Shown: piece by piece, positions 27,569-38,233 of the stretch | Layout of the letters: each line of letters opens with the position of its first letter | Numbering within the stretch: position 1 is the first letter of the stretch | Origin: Escherichia phage TH09 | Strand: one strand, 5' to 3' | Sequence record: MT446387.1 | Length of the DNA stretch: 64,000 bases | Made by a program: the position numbers and the translations under genes | Notes under the pieces: model-generated | What the model was told of the DNA's origin: nothing | Seen by the model: the letters and a program-made list of their open reading frames with translations, nothing else | The model's database searches: none

Positions 27569-29247
27569 AGAATTTTAAACTAAACCGAGTTAGGTATCAA
27601 AATATAATGTCAGTAGGTGGAAATCCTATTGACATTCAATTAGATAAGGTTCAAAAAACTCTTATTACTGGACGAAATGGCGGTGGTAAGTCTACTATGT
27701 TAGAAGCCATCACGTTTGGGCTTTTTGGCAAGCCATTTCGTGATGTAAAGAAAGGTCAATTAATAAACAGCACAAATAAGAAAGAACTTTTAGTTGAACT
27801 GTGGATGGAATATGATGAGAAAAAGTACTATATCAAAAGAGGACAAAAACCAAACGTTTTCGAAATCACCGTTAACGGTACACGTCTTAATGAATCTGCC
27901 AGCAGTAAAGATTTCCAAGCAGAATTTGAACAGCTTATCGGAATGTCATATGCCAGTTTCAAGCAGATTGTTGTCCTTGGTACAGCAGGGTATACCCCTT
28001 TCATGGGTTTGTCGACCCCTGCGCGAAGAAAGCTTGTGGAAGACCTGCTTGAGGTAGGAACATTAGCTGAAATGGATAAGCTTAATAAAGCACTAATACG
28101 TGAATTAAATTCACAAAACCAAGTGCTTGATGTTAAAAAAGATAGTATTATCCAGCAAATTAAAATATATAATGATAATGTTGAACGCCAGAAAAAATTG
28201 TCTGGTGACAACCTTACTCGTCTACAAAATATGTATGATGATTTGGCAAAAGAAGCTAGAACGCTAAAATCGGAAATAGAAGAAGCTAATGAAAGATTAG
28301 TTAATATTGTTTTGGATGAAGACCCGACTGATGCATTTAATAAAATCGGTCAAGAAGCAGTTTTAATTAAATCAAAAATTGACTCGTATAATAAAGTCAT
28401 TAATATGTATCACGAAGGTGGATTATGTCCAACCTGTTTGTCACAATTAAGTTCCGGCGATAAAGTTGTTTCTAAAATTAAAGATAAAGTTTCTGAATGT
28501 ACGCATTCGTTTGAACAGCTTTCAACGCACCGTGATAATTTAAAAGTTCTTGTTGATGAATACCGAGATAATATTAAAACCCAACAGTCGTTGGCAAATG
28601 ATATTCGCAATAAAAAGCAATCTCTAATCACGACGGTAGATAAAGCTAAAAAGGTTAAAGCGGCTATAGAAAAAGCATCTTCTGAGTTTATTGACCATGC
28701 TGATGAAATAGCACTGCTTCAAGAAGAACTTGATAAAATTGTTAAGACAAAAACTAATTTAGTAATGGAAAAATACCACCGAGGAATTTTGACTGATATG
28801 CTCAAAGATTCTGGTATTAAAGGTGCTATTATTAAAAAGTACATTCCATTATTCAATAAGCAGATTAACCATTATCTTAAAATAATGGAAGCGGATTATG
28901 TGTTTACATTAGATGAAGAATTTAATGAGACAATTAAATCCCGTGGTCGTGAAGATTTTAGTTATGCTTCATTTAGTGAAGGTGAAAAGGCACGAATCGA
29001 TATTGCTCTTTTATTTACTTGGCGTGATATTGCTTCTATTGTATCTGGTGTTAGTATTAGTACATTAATACTCGATGAAGTGTTTGATGGGTCATTTGAT
29101 GCCGAAGGTATTAAAGGTGTAGCTAATATTATAAATTCAATGAAAAACACTAATGTTTTTATAATTTCACATAAAGACCATGACCCGCAAGAATATGGTC
29201 AGCATCTTCAAATGAAGAAAGTTGGTCGATTTACTGTAATGGTTTAA
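27565..29247 (+). CDS. 46: recombination endonuclease subunit gp46 (Rad50/SbcC-like ATPase)
   Basis: 560 aa; Walker A GRNGGGKST; zinc-hook CPTC; coiled-coil middle. Confidence 0.9.
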   Translation: MKNFKLNRVRYQNIMSVGGNPIDIQLDKVQKTLITGRNGGGKSTMLEAITFGLFGKPFRDVKKGQLINSTNKKELLVELWMEYDEKKYYIKRGQKPNVFEITVNGTRLNESASSKDFQAEFEQLIGMSYASFKQIVVLGTAGYTPFMGLSTPARRKLVEDLLEVGTLAEMDKLNKALIRELNSQNQVLDVKKDSIIQQIKIYNDNVERQKKLSGDNLTRLQNMYDDLAKEARTLKSEIEEANERLVNIVLDEDPTDAFNKIGQEAVLIKSKIDSYNKVINMYHEGGLCPTCLSQLSSGDKVVSKIKDKVSECTHSFEQLSTHRDNLKVLVDEYRDNIKTQQSLANDIRNKKQSLITTVDKAKKVKAAIEKASSEFIDHADEIALLQEELDKIVKTKTNLVMEKYHRGILTDMLKDSGIKGAIIKKYIPLFNKQINHYLKIMEADYVFTLDEEFNETIKSRGREDFSYASFSEGEKARIDIALLFTWRDIASIVSGVSISTLILDEVFDGSFDAEGIKGVANIINSMKNTNVFIISHKDHDPQEYGQHLQMKKVGRFTVMV

Positions 29248-29258
29248 ATTTATAAGAG

Positions 29259-29286
29259 ATTATGCTTTAATTTATTAGAGTATAAT
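29259..29286 (+). promoter_or_regulatory. candidate middle promoter (MotA box TATGCTTTA + TATAAT) inside inverted repeat
   Basis: agagattatgctttaatttattagagtataatctct. Confidence 0.45.
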
Positions 29287-29302
29287 CTCTATGGAGGAAA
29301 AC

Positions 29303-29491
29303 ATGGAATATTCAACTGGACAGCATCTATTAACTATTCCTGAAATAAAACGATATATTCTGAGAAATAATTTTTCTAATGAAGAGCATATAGTTACTGA
29401 ATCTATGCTTAGGAATGCATTTAAAGCAGAATATACAAAAATAATGTCCAATAGAAATGAAGCTTGGACTGTTACTGATTATTATGACTAA
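29303..29491 (+). CDS. hypothetical small protein
   Basis: track ORF 29291..29491; ATG 29303 follows ggaggaaaac SD. Confidence 0.4.
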   Translation: MEYSTGQHLLTIPEIKRYILRNNFSNEEHIVTESMLRNAFKAEYTKIMSNRNEAWTVTDYYD

Positions 29492-29500
29492 AGGTGTATT

Positions 29501-29890
29501 ATGACTAAAATTACTGTGAATTATACTGTTGACGTAAAAGATATTCAGCCAAAACACGTGCGTTCTGAATCAAATCCACAAAATCAAAATAAAATTCGTC
29601 GAGCATGGGTTTTGTCTCTTTCTGATAACGCAATGGAAGTTATTCAGAACAAAATTAAATCTGCACCTGCTCGTCATGCGTATTATGAAGCTATCGATCG
29701 TGAAGTAAGTAATAAATGGATTGAACTAATGCGCAAACATACTGCAGAATCCCTAAACGCCGGTGCTAAATTTATTATGACTTCATGCGGTGAACGTTTA
29801 GAAGATGATTATTGCGGTAATGCAGATGAACGTCTAATTGTTGCTGCTCAAATTGTTGCGGAAACAATTGCGGCTGATTTTAATCGTTAA
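29501..29890 (+). CDS. rpbA: RNA polymerase-binding protein RpbA
   Basis: 129 aa, positioned between 46 and 45 as in T4. Confidence 0.65.
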   Translation: MTKITVNYTVDVKDIQPKHVRSESNPQNQNKIRRAWVLSLSDNAMEVIQNKIKSAPARHAYYEAIDREVSNKWIELMRKHTAESLNAGAKFIMTSCGERLEDDYCGNADERLIVAAQIVAETIAADFNR

Positions 29891-29945
29891 TTGCTTTATT
29901 AAATTAGTTATAAAATTAAATCTCATTTGAATTGAAGGAAATTAC

Positions 29946-30632
29946 ATGAAACTGTCTAAAGATACACTGAATATTTTGAAAAATTTCGCTACTATTAACT
30001 CTGGCATTATGCTTAAATCCGGTCAATTTATTATGACTCGCGCAGTTAATGGTACAACTTATGCAGAAGCAAATATTTCTGACGTTATTGATTTTGATGT
30101 AGCAATTTACGATTTGAACGGTTTTCTCGGTATTCTGTCTCTAGTTAATGATGATGCAGAAATTTCCCAGTCAGAAGATGGAAATATTAAAATTGCTGAT
30201 GCCCGCTCAACAATTTTTTGGCCAGCAGCCGATCCGAGTACAGTAGTTGCTCCTAATAAACCAATTCCATTCCCGGTAGCATCTGTTGTTACTGAAATTA
30301 AAGCTGAAGACCTTCAACAACTGTTGCGTGTATCTCGTGGTCTGCAAATTGATACAATTGCTATCACGGTAAAAGAAGGTAAAATCGTAATTAACGGTTT
30401 TAATAAAGTAGAAGATTCTGCTCTGACCCGTGTTAAATATTCTTTGACTCTTGGTGATTATGATGGTGAAAATACATTTAATTTCATTATCAATATGGCA
30501 AATATGAAAATGCAACCAGGAAATTATAAACTTCTGCTCTGGGCAAAAGGTAAACAAGGTGCTGCTAAATTTGAAGGTGAACATGCGAATTATGTAGTAG
30601 CTCTTGAAGCTGATTCTACCCACGATTTTTAA
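29946..30632 (+). CDS. 45: sliding clamp gp45
   Basis: 228 aa; MKLSKDTLNILKNFATINSGIMLKSGQFIMTRAVNGTTYAEANISD matches T4 gp45. Confidence 0.9.
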   Translation: MKLSKDTLNILKNFATINSGIMLKSGQFIMTRAVNGTTYAEANISDVIDFDVAIYDLNGFLGILSLVNDDAEISQSEDGNIKIADARSTIFWPAADPSTVVAPNKPIPFPVASVVTEIKAEDLQQLLRVSRGLQIDTIAITVKEGKIVINGFNKVEDSALTRVKYSLTLGDYDGENTFNFIINMANMKMQPGNYKLLLWAKGKQGAAKFEGEHANYVVALEADSTHDF

Positions 30633-30636
30633 TAAA

Positions 30637-30651
30637 GGGCTTCGGCCCTTT
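30637..30651 (+). terminator. terminator hairpin GGGC-UUCG-GCCC
   Basis: gggcttcggccc then ttt. Confidence 0.5.
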
Positions 30652-30683
30652 ATAATTTACACTAAAACTTGAATGAGGAAATT

Positions 30684-31643
30684 ATGATTACCGTAAATGA
30701 AAAAGAACACATTCTTGAACAGAAATATCGTCCATCTACTATCGATGAATGTATTCTTCCCGCCTTTGATAAAGAAACCTTTAAATCTATTACAAGTAAA
30801 GGTAAGATTCCACATATTATTCTTCATTCTCCTTCTCCAGGAACAGGTAAAACAACTGTAGCAAAAGCATTGTGTCATGATGTAAATGCTGATATGATGT
30901 TTGTGAATGGATCAGATTGTAAAATTGATTTCGTTCGTGGTCCTTTGACTAATTTTGCCAGCGCCGCTTCATTTGATGGTCGTCAAAAAGTAATCGTTAT
31001 TGATGAATTTGACCGCTCAGGATTAGCAGAGTCTCAGCGACATCTTCGTTCCTTTATGGAAGCTTATAGTTCAAACTGTAGTATTATTATTACTGCTAAC
31101 AATATTGATGGTATTATTAAACCGCTTCAGTCACGCTGTCGAGTTATTACATTCGGTCAACCAACTGATGAAGATAAAATTGAAATGATGAAGCAGATGA
31201 TTCGTCGATTGACTGAAATCTGCAAGCATGAAGGAATTGCTATAGCTGATATGAAAGTTGTAGCAGCTTTGGTTAAAAAGAATTTTCCTGATTTTCGTAA
31301 AACTATTGGCGAGCTCGATAGTTATTCATCTAAAGGTGTTTTGGATGCTGGTATTTTATCACTGGTTACTAACGATCGTGGTGCTATTGATGATGTTCTT
31401 GAGTCTCTCAAAAATAAAGGTGTTAAACAACTCAGAGCTTTAGCACCAAAATATGCAGCTGATTATTCGTGGTTCGTGGGTAAACTTGCCGAAGAAATCT
31501 ATTCACGTGTAACTCCGCAAAGTATTATTCGTATGTACGAAATTGTTGGCGAAAATAATCAGTATCATGGTATTGCAGCTAATACTGAGTTACATTTAGC
31601 ATATCTTTTCATTCAATTGGCATGCGAAATGCAGTGGAAGTGA
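30684..31643 (+). CDS. 44: clamp loader large subunit gp44 (AAA+)
   Basis: 319 aa from ATG 30684 (SD gaggaaatt); Walker [11 protein letters not shown]. Confidence 0.9.
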   Translation: MITVNEKEHILEQKYRPSTIDECILPAFDKETFKSITSKGKIPHIILHSPSPGTGKTTVAKALCHDVNADMMFVNGSDCKIDFVRGPLTNFASAASFDGRQKVIVIDEFDRSGLAESQRHLRSFMEAYSSNCSIIITANNIDGIIKPLQSRCRVITFGQPTDEDKIEMMKQMIRRLTEICKHEGIAIADMKVVAALVKKNFPDFRKTIGELDSYSSKGVLDAGILSLVTNDRGAIDDVLESLKNKGVKQLRALAPKYAADYSWFVGKLAEEIYSRVTPQSIIRMYEIVGENNQYHGIAANTELHLAYLFIQLACEMQWK

Positions 31644-31644
31644 T

Positions 31645-32208
31645 ATGAGCTTATTTGAAGATGATATTCAATTAAACGAGCATCAAGTTGCTTGGTATTC
31701 AAAAGATTGGACAGCTGTCCAATCCGCTGCTGATTCTTTTAAAGAAAAAGCTGAAAATGAATTTTTTGAAATAATTGGAGCTATTAATAATAAAACTAAA
31801 TGCTCTATTGCTCAAAAAGATTATTCAAAATACATGGTTGAGAATGCATTATCACAATTTCCTGAATGCATGCCAGCTGTATATGCTATGAATTTAATTG
31901 GATCAGGTTTAAGTGATGAAGCCCATTTTAATTATCTGATGGCTGCTGTTCCTCGGGGTAAAAGATATGGTAAATGGGCAAAACTGGTTGAAGATTCTAC
32001 CGAAGTATTGATTATTAAGTTACTTGCTAAGCGGTATCAAGTTAATACAAATGATGCAATTAACTATAAATCAATTCTTACTAAAAATGGAAAACTTCCT
32101 TTAGTATTAAAAGAACTAAAAGGTTTAGTCACGGATGATTTTTTGAAAGAAGTGACTAAGAACGTAAAAGAACAGAAACAACTCAAAAAACTAGCATTGG
32201 AATGGTAA
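31645..32208 (+). CDS. 62: clamp loader small subunit gp62
   Basis: 187 aa immediately after gene 44. Confidence 0.8.
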   Translation: MSLFEDDIQLNEHQVAWYSKDWTAVQSAADSFKEKAENEFFEIIGAINNKTKCSIAQKDYSKYMVENALSQFPECMPAVYAMNLIGSGLSDEAHFNYLMAAVPRGKRYGKWAKLVEDSTEVLIIKLLAKRYQVNTNDAINYKSILTKNGKLPLVLKELKGLVTDDFLKEVTKNVKEQKQLKKLALEW

Positions 32209-32209
32209 A

Positions 32210-32578
32210 ATGATTGAAATTACTCTTAAAAAACCTGAAGATTTTCTGAAAGTAAAAGAAACTTTGACTCGTATGGGAATTGCTAATAATAAAGATAAAG
32301 TTCTGTATCAGTCCTGTCATATTCTTCAGAAAAAAGGACTATACTATATCGTTCATTTTAAAGAAATGCTTCGTATGGATGGTCGCCAAGTTGAAATGAC
32401 AGAAGAAGATGAAGTTCGTCGTGATTCGATTGCATGGCTATTAGAAGATTGGGGACTAATTGAAATCGCTCCCGGTCAAAGAACTTTTATGAAAGACTTA
32501 ACTAATAACTTCCGAGTTATTTCTTTTAAGCAAAAACATGAATGGAAACTCGTTCCTAAATATACGATTGGTAATTAA
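32210..32578 (+). CDS. regA: translational repressor RegA
   Basis: 122 aa; position between 62 and 43. Confidence 0.8.
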   Translation: MIEITLKKPEDFLKVKETLTRMGIANNKDKVLYQSCHILQKKGLYYIVHFKEMLRMDGRQVEMTEEDEVRRDSIAWLLEDWGLIEIAPGQRTFMKDLTNNFRVISFKQKHEWKLVPKYTIGN

Positions 32579-32582
32579 GCAA

Positions 32583-32600
32583 GGGGCTTCGGCCCCTTAT
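32583..32600 (+). terminator. terminator hairpin GGGGC-UUCG-GCCCC
   Basis: ggggcttcggcccc then ttatttgg. Confidence 0.5.
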
Positions 32601-32620
32601 TTGGAGTATAATATATCAAG

Positions 32621-32638
32621 AGCCTAATAACTCGGGCT
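32621..32638 (+). promoter_or_regulatory. gp43 autogenous translational operator hairpin (5-bp stem, 8-nt loop)
   Basis: agcct-aataactc-gggct about 18 nt upstream of gene 43 ATG; matches the operator architecture described for T4 gene 43. Confidence 0.45.
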
Positions 32639-32656
32639 ATAAACTAAGGAATATCT

Positions 32657-35353
32657 ATGAAAGAATTTTATATCTCTATTGAAACAGTCGGAAATAACAT
32701 TGTTGAGCGTTATATTGATGAAAATGGAAATGAACGTACTCGTGAAGTAGAATATCTTCCAACTATGTTTAGGCATTGTAAGGAAGAGTCAAAGTACAAA
32801 GACATCTATGGTAAAAACTGCGCTCCTCAAAAATTTCCATCAATGAAAGATGCACGAGACTGGATGAAGCGAATGGAAGACATCGGTCTCGAAGCTCTTG
32901 GTATGAACGATTTTAAACTTGCTTATATCAGTGATACATATGGTTCAGAAATTGTTTATGACCGAAAATTTGTTCGTGTAGCTAACTGTGACATTGAGGT
33001 TACTGGTGATAAATTTCCTGACCCAATGAAAGCAGAATATGAAATTGATGCTATCACTCATTATGATTCAATTGACGATCGTTTTTACGTCTTTGATTTG
33101 TTGAATTCAATGTACGGTTCAGTATCAAAATGGGATGCAAAGTTAGCTGCTAAGCTTGACTGTGAAGGTGGTGATGAAGTTCCTCAAGAAATTCTTGACC
33201 GAGTAATTTATATGCCATTTGATAATGAGCGTGATATGCTCATGGAATATATCAATCTTTGGGAACAGAAACGACCTGCTATTTTTACTGGTTGGAATAT
33301 TGAGGGATTTGACGTTCCGTATATCATGAACCGTGTTAAAATGGTTCTCGGTGAACGCAGTATGAAACGTTTCTCTCCAATCGGTCGAGTAAAATCTAAA
33401 CTTATCCAAAATATGTACGGTAGCAAAGAAATTTATTCTATTGATGGCGTATCTATTCTTGATTATTTAGATTTGTACAAGAAATTCGCTTTTACTAATT
33501 TGCCGTCATTCTCTTTGGAATCAGTTGCTCAGCATGAAACCAAAAAAGGTAAATTACCATACGACGGTCCTATTAATAAACTTCGTGAGACTAATCATCA
33601 ACGATACATTAGTTATAACATCATTGACGTAGAATCAGTTCAAGCAATTGATAAAATTCGCGGGTTTATCGATCTAGTTTTAAGTATGTCTTATTACGCT
33701 AAAATGCCTTTTTCCGGTGTAATGAGTCCTATTAAAACTTGGGATGCTATTATTTTTAACTCATTGAAAGGTGAACATAAGGTTATTCCTCAACAAGGTT
33801 CGCACGTTAAACAAAGTTTTCCGGGTGCATTTGTATTTGAACCTAAACCAATTGCTCGTCGATATATTATGAGTTTTGACTTGACGTCTCTGTATCCGAG
33901 CATTATTCGTCAGGTTAACATTAGTCCTGAGACTATTCGTGGTCAGTTTAAAGTTCATCCAATTCATGAATATATCGCAGGAACAGCTCCTAAACCGAGT
34001 GATGAATATTCTTGTTCTCCGAATGGATGGATGTATGATAAGCATCAAGAAGGTATCATTCCAAAGGAAATCGCTAAAGTATTTTTCCAGCGTAAAGATT
34101 GGAAAAAGAAAATGTTCGCTGAAGAAATGAATGCCGAAGCTATTAAAAAGATTATTATGAAAGGCGCAGGGTCCTGTTCAACTAAACCTGAAGTTGAACG
34201 ATATGTTAAGTTCAGTGATGATTTCTTAAATGAATTATCGAATTACACCGAATCTGTTCTTAATAATTTGATCGAAGAGTGTGAAAAAGCAGCTACACTT
34301 GCTAACACAAATCAGCTGAACCGTAAAATTCTTATTAACAGTCTTTATGGTGCTCTTGGTAATATTCATTTCCGTTACTATGATTTGCGAAATGCTACTG
34401 CTATCACAATTTTCGGCCAAGTTGGTATTCAGTGGATTGCTCGTAAAATTAATGAATATCTGAATAAAGTATGCGGAACTAATGATGAAGATTTCATTGC
34501 AGCAGGTGATACTGATTCGGTATATGTTTGTGTAGATAAAGTTATTGAAAAAGTTGGTCTTGACCGATTCAAAGAGCAGAACGATTTAGTTGAATTCATG
34601 AATCAGTTCGGTAAGAAAAAGATGGAACCTATGATTGATGTTGCATATCGTGAGTTATGTGATTATATGAATAACCGCGAGCATCTGATGCATATGGACC
34701 GTGAAGCTATTTCTTGCCCTCCACTTGGTTCAAAGGGCGTTGGTGGATTTTGGAAAGCGAAAAAGCGCTATGCTCTGAACGTATATGATATGGAAGATAA
34801 GCGATTTGCTGAACCGCATCTAAAAATCATGGGTATGGAAACTCAGCAGAGTTCAACGCCTAAAGCGGTCCAAGAAGCTCTTGAAGAAAGTATTCGTCGT
34901 ATTCTTCAAGAAGGCGAAGAGTCTGTTCAAGAATATTATAAGAACTTTGAGAAAGAATATCGTCAACTTGACTATAAAGTTATTGCTGAAGTAAAAACTG
35001 CAAACGATATAGCGAAATATGATGATAAAGGTTGGCCAGGATTTAAATGCCCGTTCCATATTCGTGGTGTGCTAACTTATCGTCGAGCTGTTAACGGTTT
35101 AGGTGTAGCTCCAATTTTGGATGGAAATAAAGTAATGGTTCTTCCATTGCGTGAAGGAAATCCATTTGGTGACAAGTGCATTGCTTGGCCGTCGGGCACA
35201 GAACTTCCAAAAGAAATTCGTTCTGACGTATTGTCTTGGATTGACTACTCAACTTTGTTCCAAAAATCGTTTGTTAAACCGCTTGCAGGCATGTGTGAAT
35301 CGGCTGGTATGGACTATGAAGAAAAAGCTTCGTTAGACTTCCTGTTTGGCTGA
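32657..35353 (+). CDS. 43: DNA polymerase gp43 (family B)
   Basis: 898 aa; exonuclease motif NCDIEVTG; polymerase motif C AAGDTDSVYV. Confidence 0.95.
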   Translation: MKEFYISIETVGNNIVERYIDENGNERTREVEYLPTMFRHCKEESKYKDIYGKNCAPQKFPSMKDARDWMKRMEDIGLEALGMNDFKLAYISDTYGSEIVYDRKFVRVANCDIEVTGDKFPDPMKAEYEIDAITHYDSIDDRFYVFDLLNSMYGSVSKWDAKLAAKLDCEGGDEVPQEILDRVIYMPFDNERDMLMEYINLWEQKRPAIFTGWNIEGFDVPYIMNRVKMVLGERSMKRFSPIGRVKSKLIQNMYGSKEIYSIDGVSILDYLDLYKKFAFTNLPSFSLESVAQHETKKGKLPYDGPINKLRETNHQRYISYNIIDVESVQAIDKIRGFIDLVLSMSYYAKMPFSGVMSPIKTWDAIIFNSLKGEHKVIPQQGSHVKQSFPGAFVFEPKPIARRYIMSFDLTSLYPSIIRQVNISPETIRGQFKVHPIHEYIAGTAPKPSDEYSCSPNGWMYDKHQEGIIPKEIAKVFFQRKDWKKKMFAEEMNAEAIKKIIMKGAGSCSTKPEVERYVKFSDDFLNELSNYTESVLNNLIEECEKAATLANTNQLNRKILINSLYGALGNIHFRYYDLRNATAITIFGQVGIQWIARKINEYLNKVCGTNDEDFIAAGDTDSVYVCVDKVIEKVGLDRFKEQNDLVEFMNQFGKKKMEPMIDVAYRELCDYMNNREHLMHMDREAISCPPLGSKGVGGFWKAKKRYALNVYDMEDKRFAEPHLKIMGMETQQSSTPKAVQEALEESIRRILQEGEESVQEYYKNFEKEYRQLDYKVIAEVKTANDIAKYDDKGWPGFKCPFHIRGVLTYRRAVNGLGVAPILDGNKVMVLPLREGNPFGDKCIAWPSGTELPKEIRSDVLSWIDYSTLFQKSFVKPLAGMCESAGMDYEEKASLDFLFG

Positions 35354-35366
35354 TAGAATAAATCTA

Positions 35367-35388
35367 GGGACCTCCGGGTCCCTTTTTC
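35367..35388 (+). terminator. intrinsic terminator hairpin + U-run
   Basis: gggacc-tccg-ggtccc followed by ttttt. Confidence 0.6.
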
Positions 35389-35469
35389 ATACAAGTAATA
35401 TAAATCTATACTTATGAAAAACAGATGATTCTGGACCTTTAGAATTCCCTAAAAAATTTTCACAAAACT

Positions 35470-35499
35470 GTTTACAAGACTGTTCTTCCATGGTACTAT
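35470..35499 (+). promoter_or_regulatory. early promoter cassette (GTTTACA-N17-TACTAT)
   Basis: aaaattttcacaaaactgtttacaagactgttcttccatggtactatacaactatcaact. Confidence 0.6.
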
Positions 35500-35536
35500 A
35501 CAACTATCAACTATTGATACAGATTTGGAGAATAAA

Positions 35537-35773
35537 ATGAAAATTGTTATGGGATGCTTAGCAGTTTGTTTAGTTGCATTAGCAGCAGTTCCATTTGTTA
35601 GTGTTGAAAATGATACTCAACCTGTGATTGAATCTAGCACCGTTATTCACACTAATGGTAAAATATCAGTTAAAATTGATGATAATCTTCATGTGAATAC
35701 AAATGGATCTTTAGGTGTGCAAATGGGTAATACCTGCATAAGCACTACTGGAGTAATTACTACTTGCATTTGA
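35537..35773 (+). CDS. secreted small protein
   Basis: track ORF 35525..35773; ATG 35537 after ttggagaataaa SD; signal peptide MKIVMGCLAVCLVALAAVPF. Confidence 0.45.
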   Translation: MKIVMGCLAVCLVALAAVPFVSVENDTQPVIESSTVIHTNGKISVKIDDNLHVNTNGSLGVQMGNTCISTTGVITTCI

Positions 35774-35783
35774 GGAAATTATT

Positions 35784-36164
35784 ATGAAAATCGCTATTTT
35801 GGTTATTGCATTAGGTCTTACTGGTTGTGTAGCTCAAGGACCGGTAGTAAATCAGTCTGATGTAGGAAAAATTGTAAACTGTTCAAGCAAATTTTATAAT
35901 CCTAATGTCAAGTGTTATAAAGAAGCTCCAAAACAGACAGTAGAACAAATGCAGGCGAATTTTGACGAAGCTATTCGTCCAGATGAATCTGCTCAAGCAT
36001 ATCGTAATTCGGATGTAATTACACGCGAAGAAAAAATTGAAAACTACTGCGCCGAGCTTTGGGCTAATTGGGCTAATAATTACCAATGGCGTACTGGTAA
36101 AAATGCTCCGATGGAGTATGTAGTGAATTCTTATAATTCATGTGTAAAAAATTTGACTAAGTGA
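35784..36164 (+). CDS. lipoprotein
   Basis: 126 aa; signal peptide with lipobox LTGC. Confidence 0.5.
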   Translation: MKIAILVIALGLTGCVAQGPVVNQSDVGKIVNCSSKFYNPNVKCYKEAPKQTVEQMQANFDEAIRPDESAQAYRNSDVITREEKIENYCAELWANWANNYQWRTGKNAPMEYVVNSYNSCVKNLTK

Positions 36165-36171
36165 GGAAAAC

Positions 36172-36423
36172 ATGGAAACTTTAGTAGCAGGTTCAATTTT
36201 TATGGTTTTAGTTTCAGGTGTGTTGGCTATTATTATATACATGCTTCCATGGTTTATCGCCTTGATGCGTGGGTCAAAATCGACAGTAGGAATCTTTTTC
36301 ACATCTTTACTGTTTAACTGGTCAATTATTGGTTGGTTTATTACATTTATTTGGTCAATTGCGGGTGAAACTAAAAAGTCTGCACAGCCAAATCAGGTAA
36401 TTATCATCAGAGAGAAGGAATGA
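36172..36423 (+). CDS. imm: superinfection immunity membrane protein Imm
   Basis: 83 aa, two TM helices; size and position next to gene 42 as in T4. Confidence 0.55.
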   Translation: METLVAGSIFMVLVSGVLAIIIYMLPWFIALMRGSKSTVGIFFTSLLFNWSIIGWFITFIWSIAGETKKSAQPNQVIIIREKE

Positions 36424-36569
36424 AAAGCAAAATTATAACAGTGTTGCTTTTAATCTTGATGATTATAATAAGTATATACTATAGTGTAACGGTTCCTCTT
36501 ATGATTCCAACTATTATTTTAGGTTGGAGCTTATTACTGTTACAAGTTAAATATGAATGTATCAATTGA
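36420..36569 (+). CDS. small membrane peptide (about 49 aa)
   Basis: ATGA overlap with imm; MKSKIITVLLLILMIIISIYY... Confidence 0.3.
   Translation: MKSKIITVLLLILMIIISIYYSVTVPLMIPTIILGWSLLLLQVKYECIN
36443..36469 (+). promoter_or_regulatory. candidate middle promoter (MotA box TTGCTTTTA + TATAAT)
   Basis: gttgcttttaatcttgatgattataat upstream of gene 42, inside the small ORF. Confidence 0.35.
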
Positions 36570-36576
36570 GGTTTAA

Positions 36577-37317
36577 ATGATTAGTGACTCTATGACAGTT
36601 GAAGAAATCCGTCTTCATTTGGGGCTTGCATTAAAAGAAAAAGATTTCGTAGTTGATAAAACTGGTGTTAAAACTATTGAAATTATTGGCGCATCATTTA
36701 TAGCAGATGAACCGTTTATTTTTGGCGCTCTTAATGATGAATACATTCAGCGTGAACTTGAATGGTATAAATCTAAGAGCTTGTTTGTTAAAGATATTCC
36801 AGGTGAAACACCAAAGATTTGGCAGCAGGTAGCATCTTCTAAAGGCGAAATTAACTCGAATTACGGTTGGGCTATTTGGTCAGAAGATAACTATGCCCAG
36901 TATGATATGTGTTTAGCTGAACTTGGTCAAAATCCTGATTCTCGACGTGGTATCATGATTTATACTCGTCCATCTATGCAGTTTGACTATAATAAAGATG
37001 GTATGTCAGATTTCATGTGTACGAATACAGTACAGTACCTGATTCGTGATAAGAAAGTCAATGCAGTAGTAAGCATGCGCTCAAATGATGTGGTCTTCGG
37101 ATTCCGTAATGATTATGCATGGCAAAAATACGTATTAGATAAATTAGTATCTGATTTGAATGCCGGCGATTCAACTCGTCAGTATAAAGCAGGTTCTATT
37201 ATATGGAATGTTGGAAGTCTTCATGTATATTCTCGTCATTTTTACTTGGTTGATCATTGGTGGAATACTGGCGAAACTCATATTGTGAAAAAAGACTATA
37301 AAGGTGAGTGGAAATGA
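36577..37317 (+). CDS. 42: dCMP hydroxymethylase gp42
   Basis: 246 aa; thymidylate-synthase-like fold; matches T4 gp42. Confidence 0.85.
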   Translation: MISDSMTVEEIRLHLGLALKEKDFVVDKTGVKTIEIIGASFIADEPFIFGALNDEYIQRELEWYKSKSLFVKDIPGETPKIWQQVASSKGEINSNYGWAIWSEDNYAQYDMCLAELGQNPDSRRGIMIYTRPSMQFDYNKDGMSDFMCTNTVQYLIRDKKVNAVVSMRSNDVVFGFRNDYAWQKYVLDKLVSDLNAGDSTRQYKAGSIIWNVGSLHVYSRHFYLVDHWWNTGETHIVKKDYKGEWK

Positions 37318-38156
37318 TTCAATTCGTAATTCCGAGCTATCAGCGTGTTGGGGCAGTTTCTGCCCTTGATATGTTTCCGACTGATTATGAACCACATATT
37401 GTAGTGCGTGAACATGAAGAAAAAGCTTATCATGACGCTTATGGGTCTAGAGCTAAAATTATAGCTATTCCTGATGATGTAAACGGAATTGCCGGTACTC
37501 GTAAAGCAATTACTGATATGTATGCAGGTCAACGAATTTGGATGATTGACGATGATACTACTATTCGTATGAGTTCAATGCGAAAAAGAGATGATCGTCG
37601 TTGTGTGGATAAAGTCAATCAATTAACCCGTGAACAGTTCTATGAATTGATTCAATACGTTGAAGATGCTATGGATTGCGGGTATTATCACGGTCATGCT
37701 CGTCTACCTATTTTTAAAATTACTTCATCTTGGGGTAATTATCGTGAAAATTCATATGGATTCACGAATACATGGTATGACCTCGGAAAACTTACGACAG
37801 AACAAATTGGGTATGGAAAAATTGATTTGTGCGAAGATATGTATGCATTTCTCAATTTAATTAATCAAGGTTATCCGCATTTGGCCTTGTTCAAATATCT
37901 GGTTGTATCTGGAAAAGCACAAGCTCCTGGCGGGTGCAGTTCAATTCGCAGTAATTCTAAACATAATAGAGCGCTTGAGCAGATCAATAGAGAGTTTCCA
38001 GAGCAAGCTCGTTGGAAAACTTCTAATATTGAAAAACGAAAATCGTTGGGTGAAGAAGACGAGCCATTAAAGGTTCTTCGTATGTGTGTTTCACGTAAAG
38101 AAAAATCAGAAGCATTTCATAAGTTTAATGCTATTCATCCAATAGCAGTTGATTAA
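37308..38156 (+). CDS. putative glycosyltransferase at the beta-gt locus
   Basis: 282 aa between 42 and uvsX; DxD-like MIDDDTT; not similar to T4 beta-gt as I recall it; possibly the T2/T6-type beta-glucosyl-HMC alpha-glucosyltransferase. Confidence 0.35.
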   Translation: MEMIQFVIPSYQRVGAVSALDMFPTDYEPHIVVREHEEKAYHDAYGSRAKIIAIPDDVNGIAGTRKAITDMYAGQRIWMIDDDTTIRMSSMRKRDDRRCVDKVNQLTREQFYELIQYVEDAMDCGYYHGHARLPIFKITSSWGNYRENSYGFTNTWYDLGKLTTEQIGYGKIDLCEDMYAFLNLINQGYPHLALFKYLVVSGKAQAPGGCSSIRSNSKHNRALEQINREFPEQARWKTSNIEKRKSLGEEDEPLKVLRMCVSRKEKSEAFHKFNAIHPIAVD

Positions 38157-38233
38157 TGCCTAAATTTATTGTGTTATAATTACTCTATCTTTAACCAGTG
38201 AGGAAAATATAATGATGCCTATGGAAAAAATGA

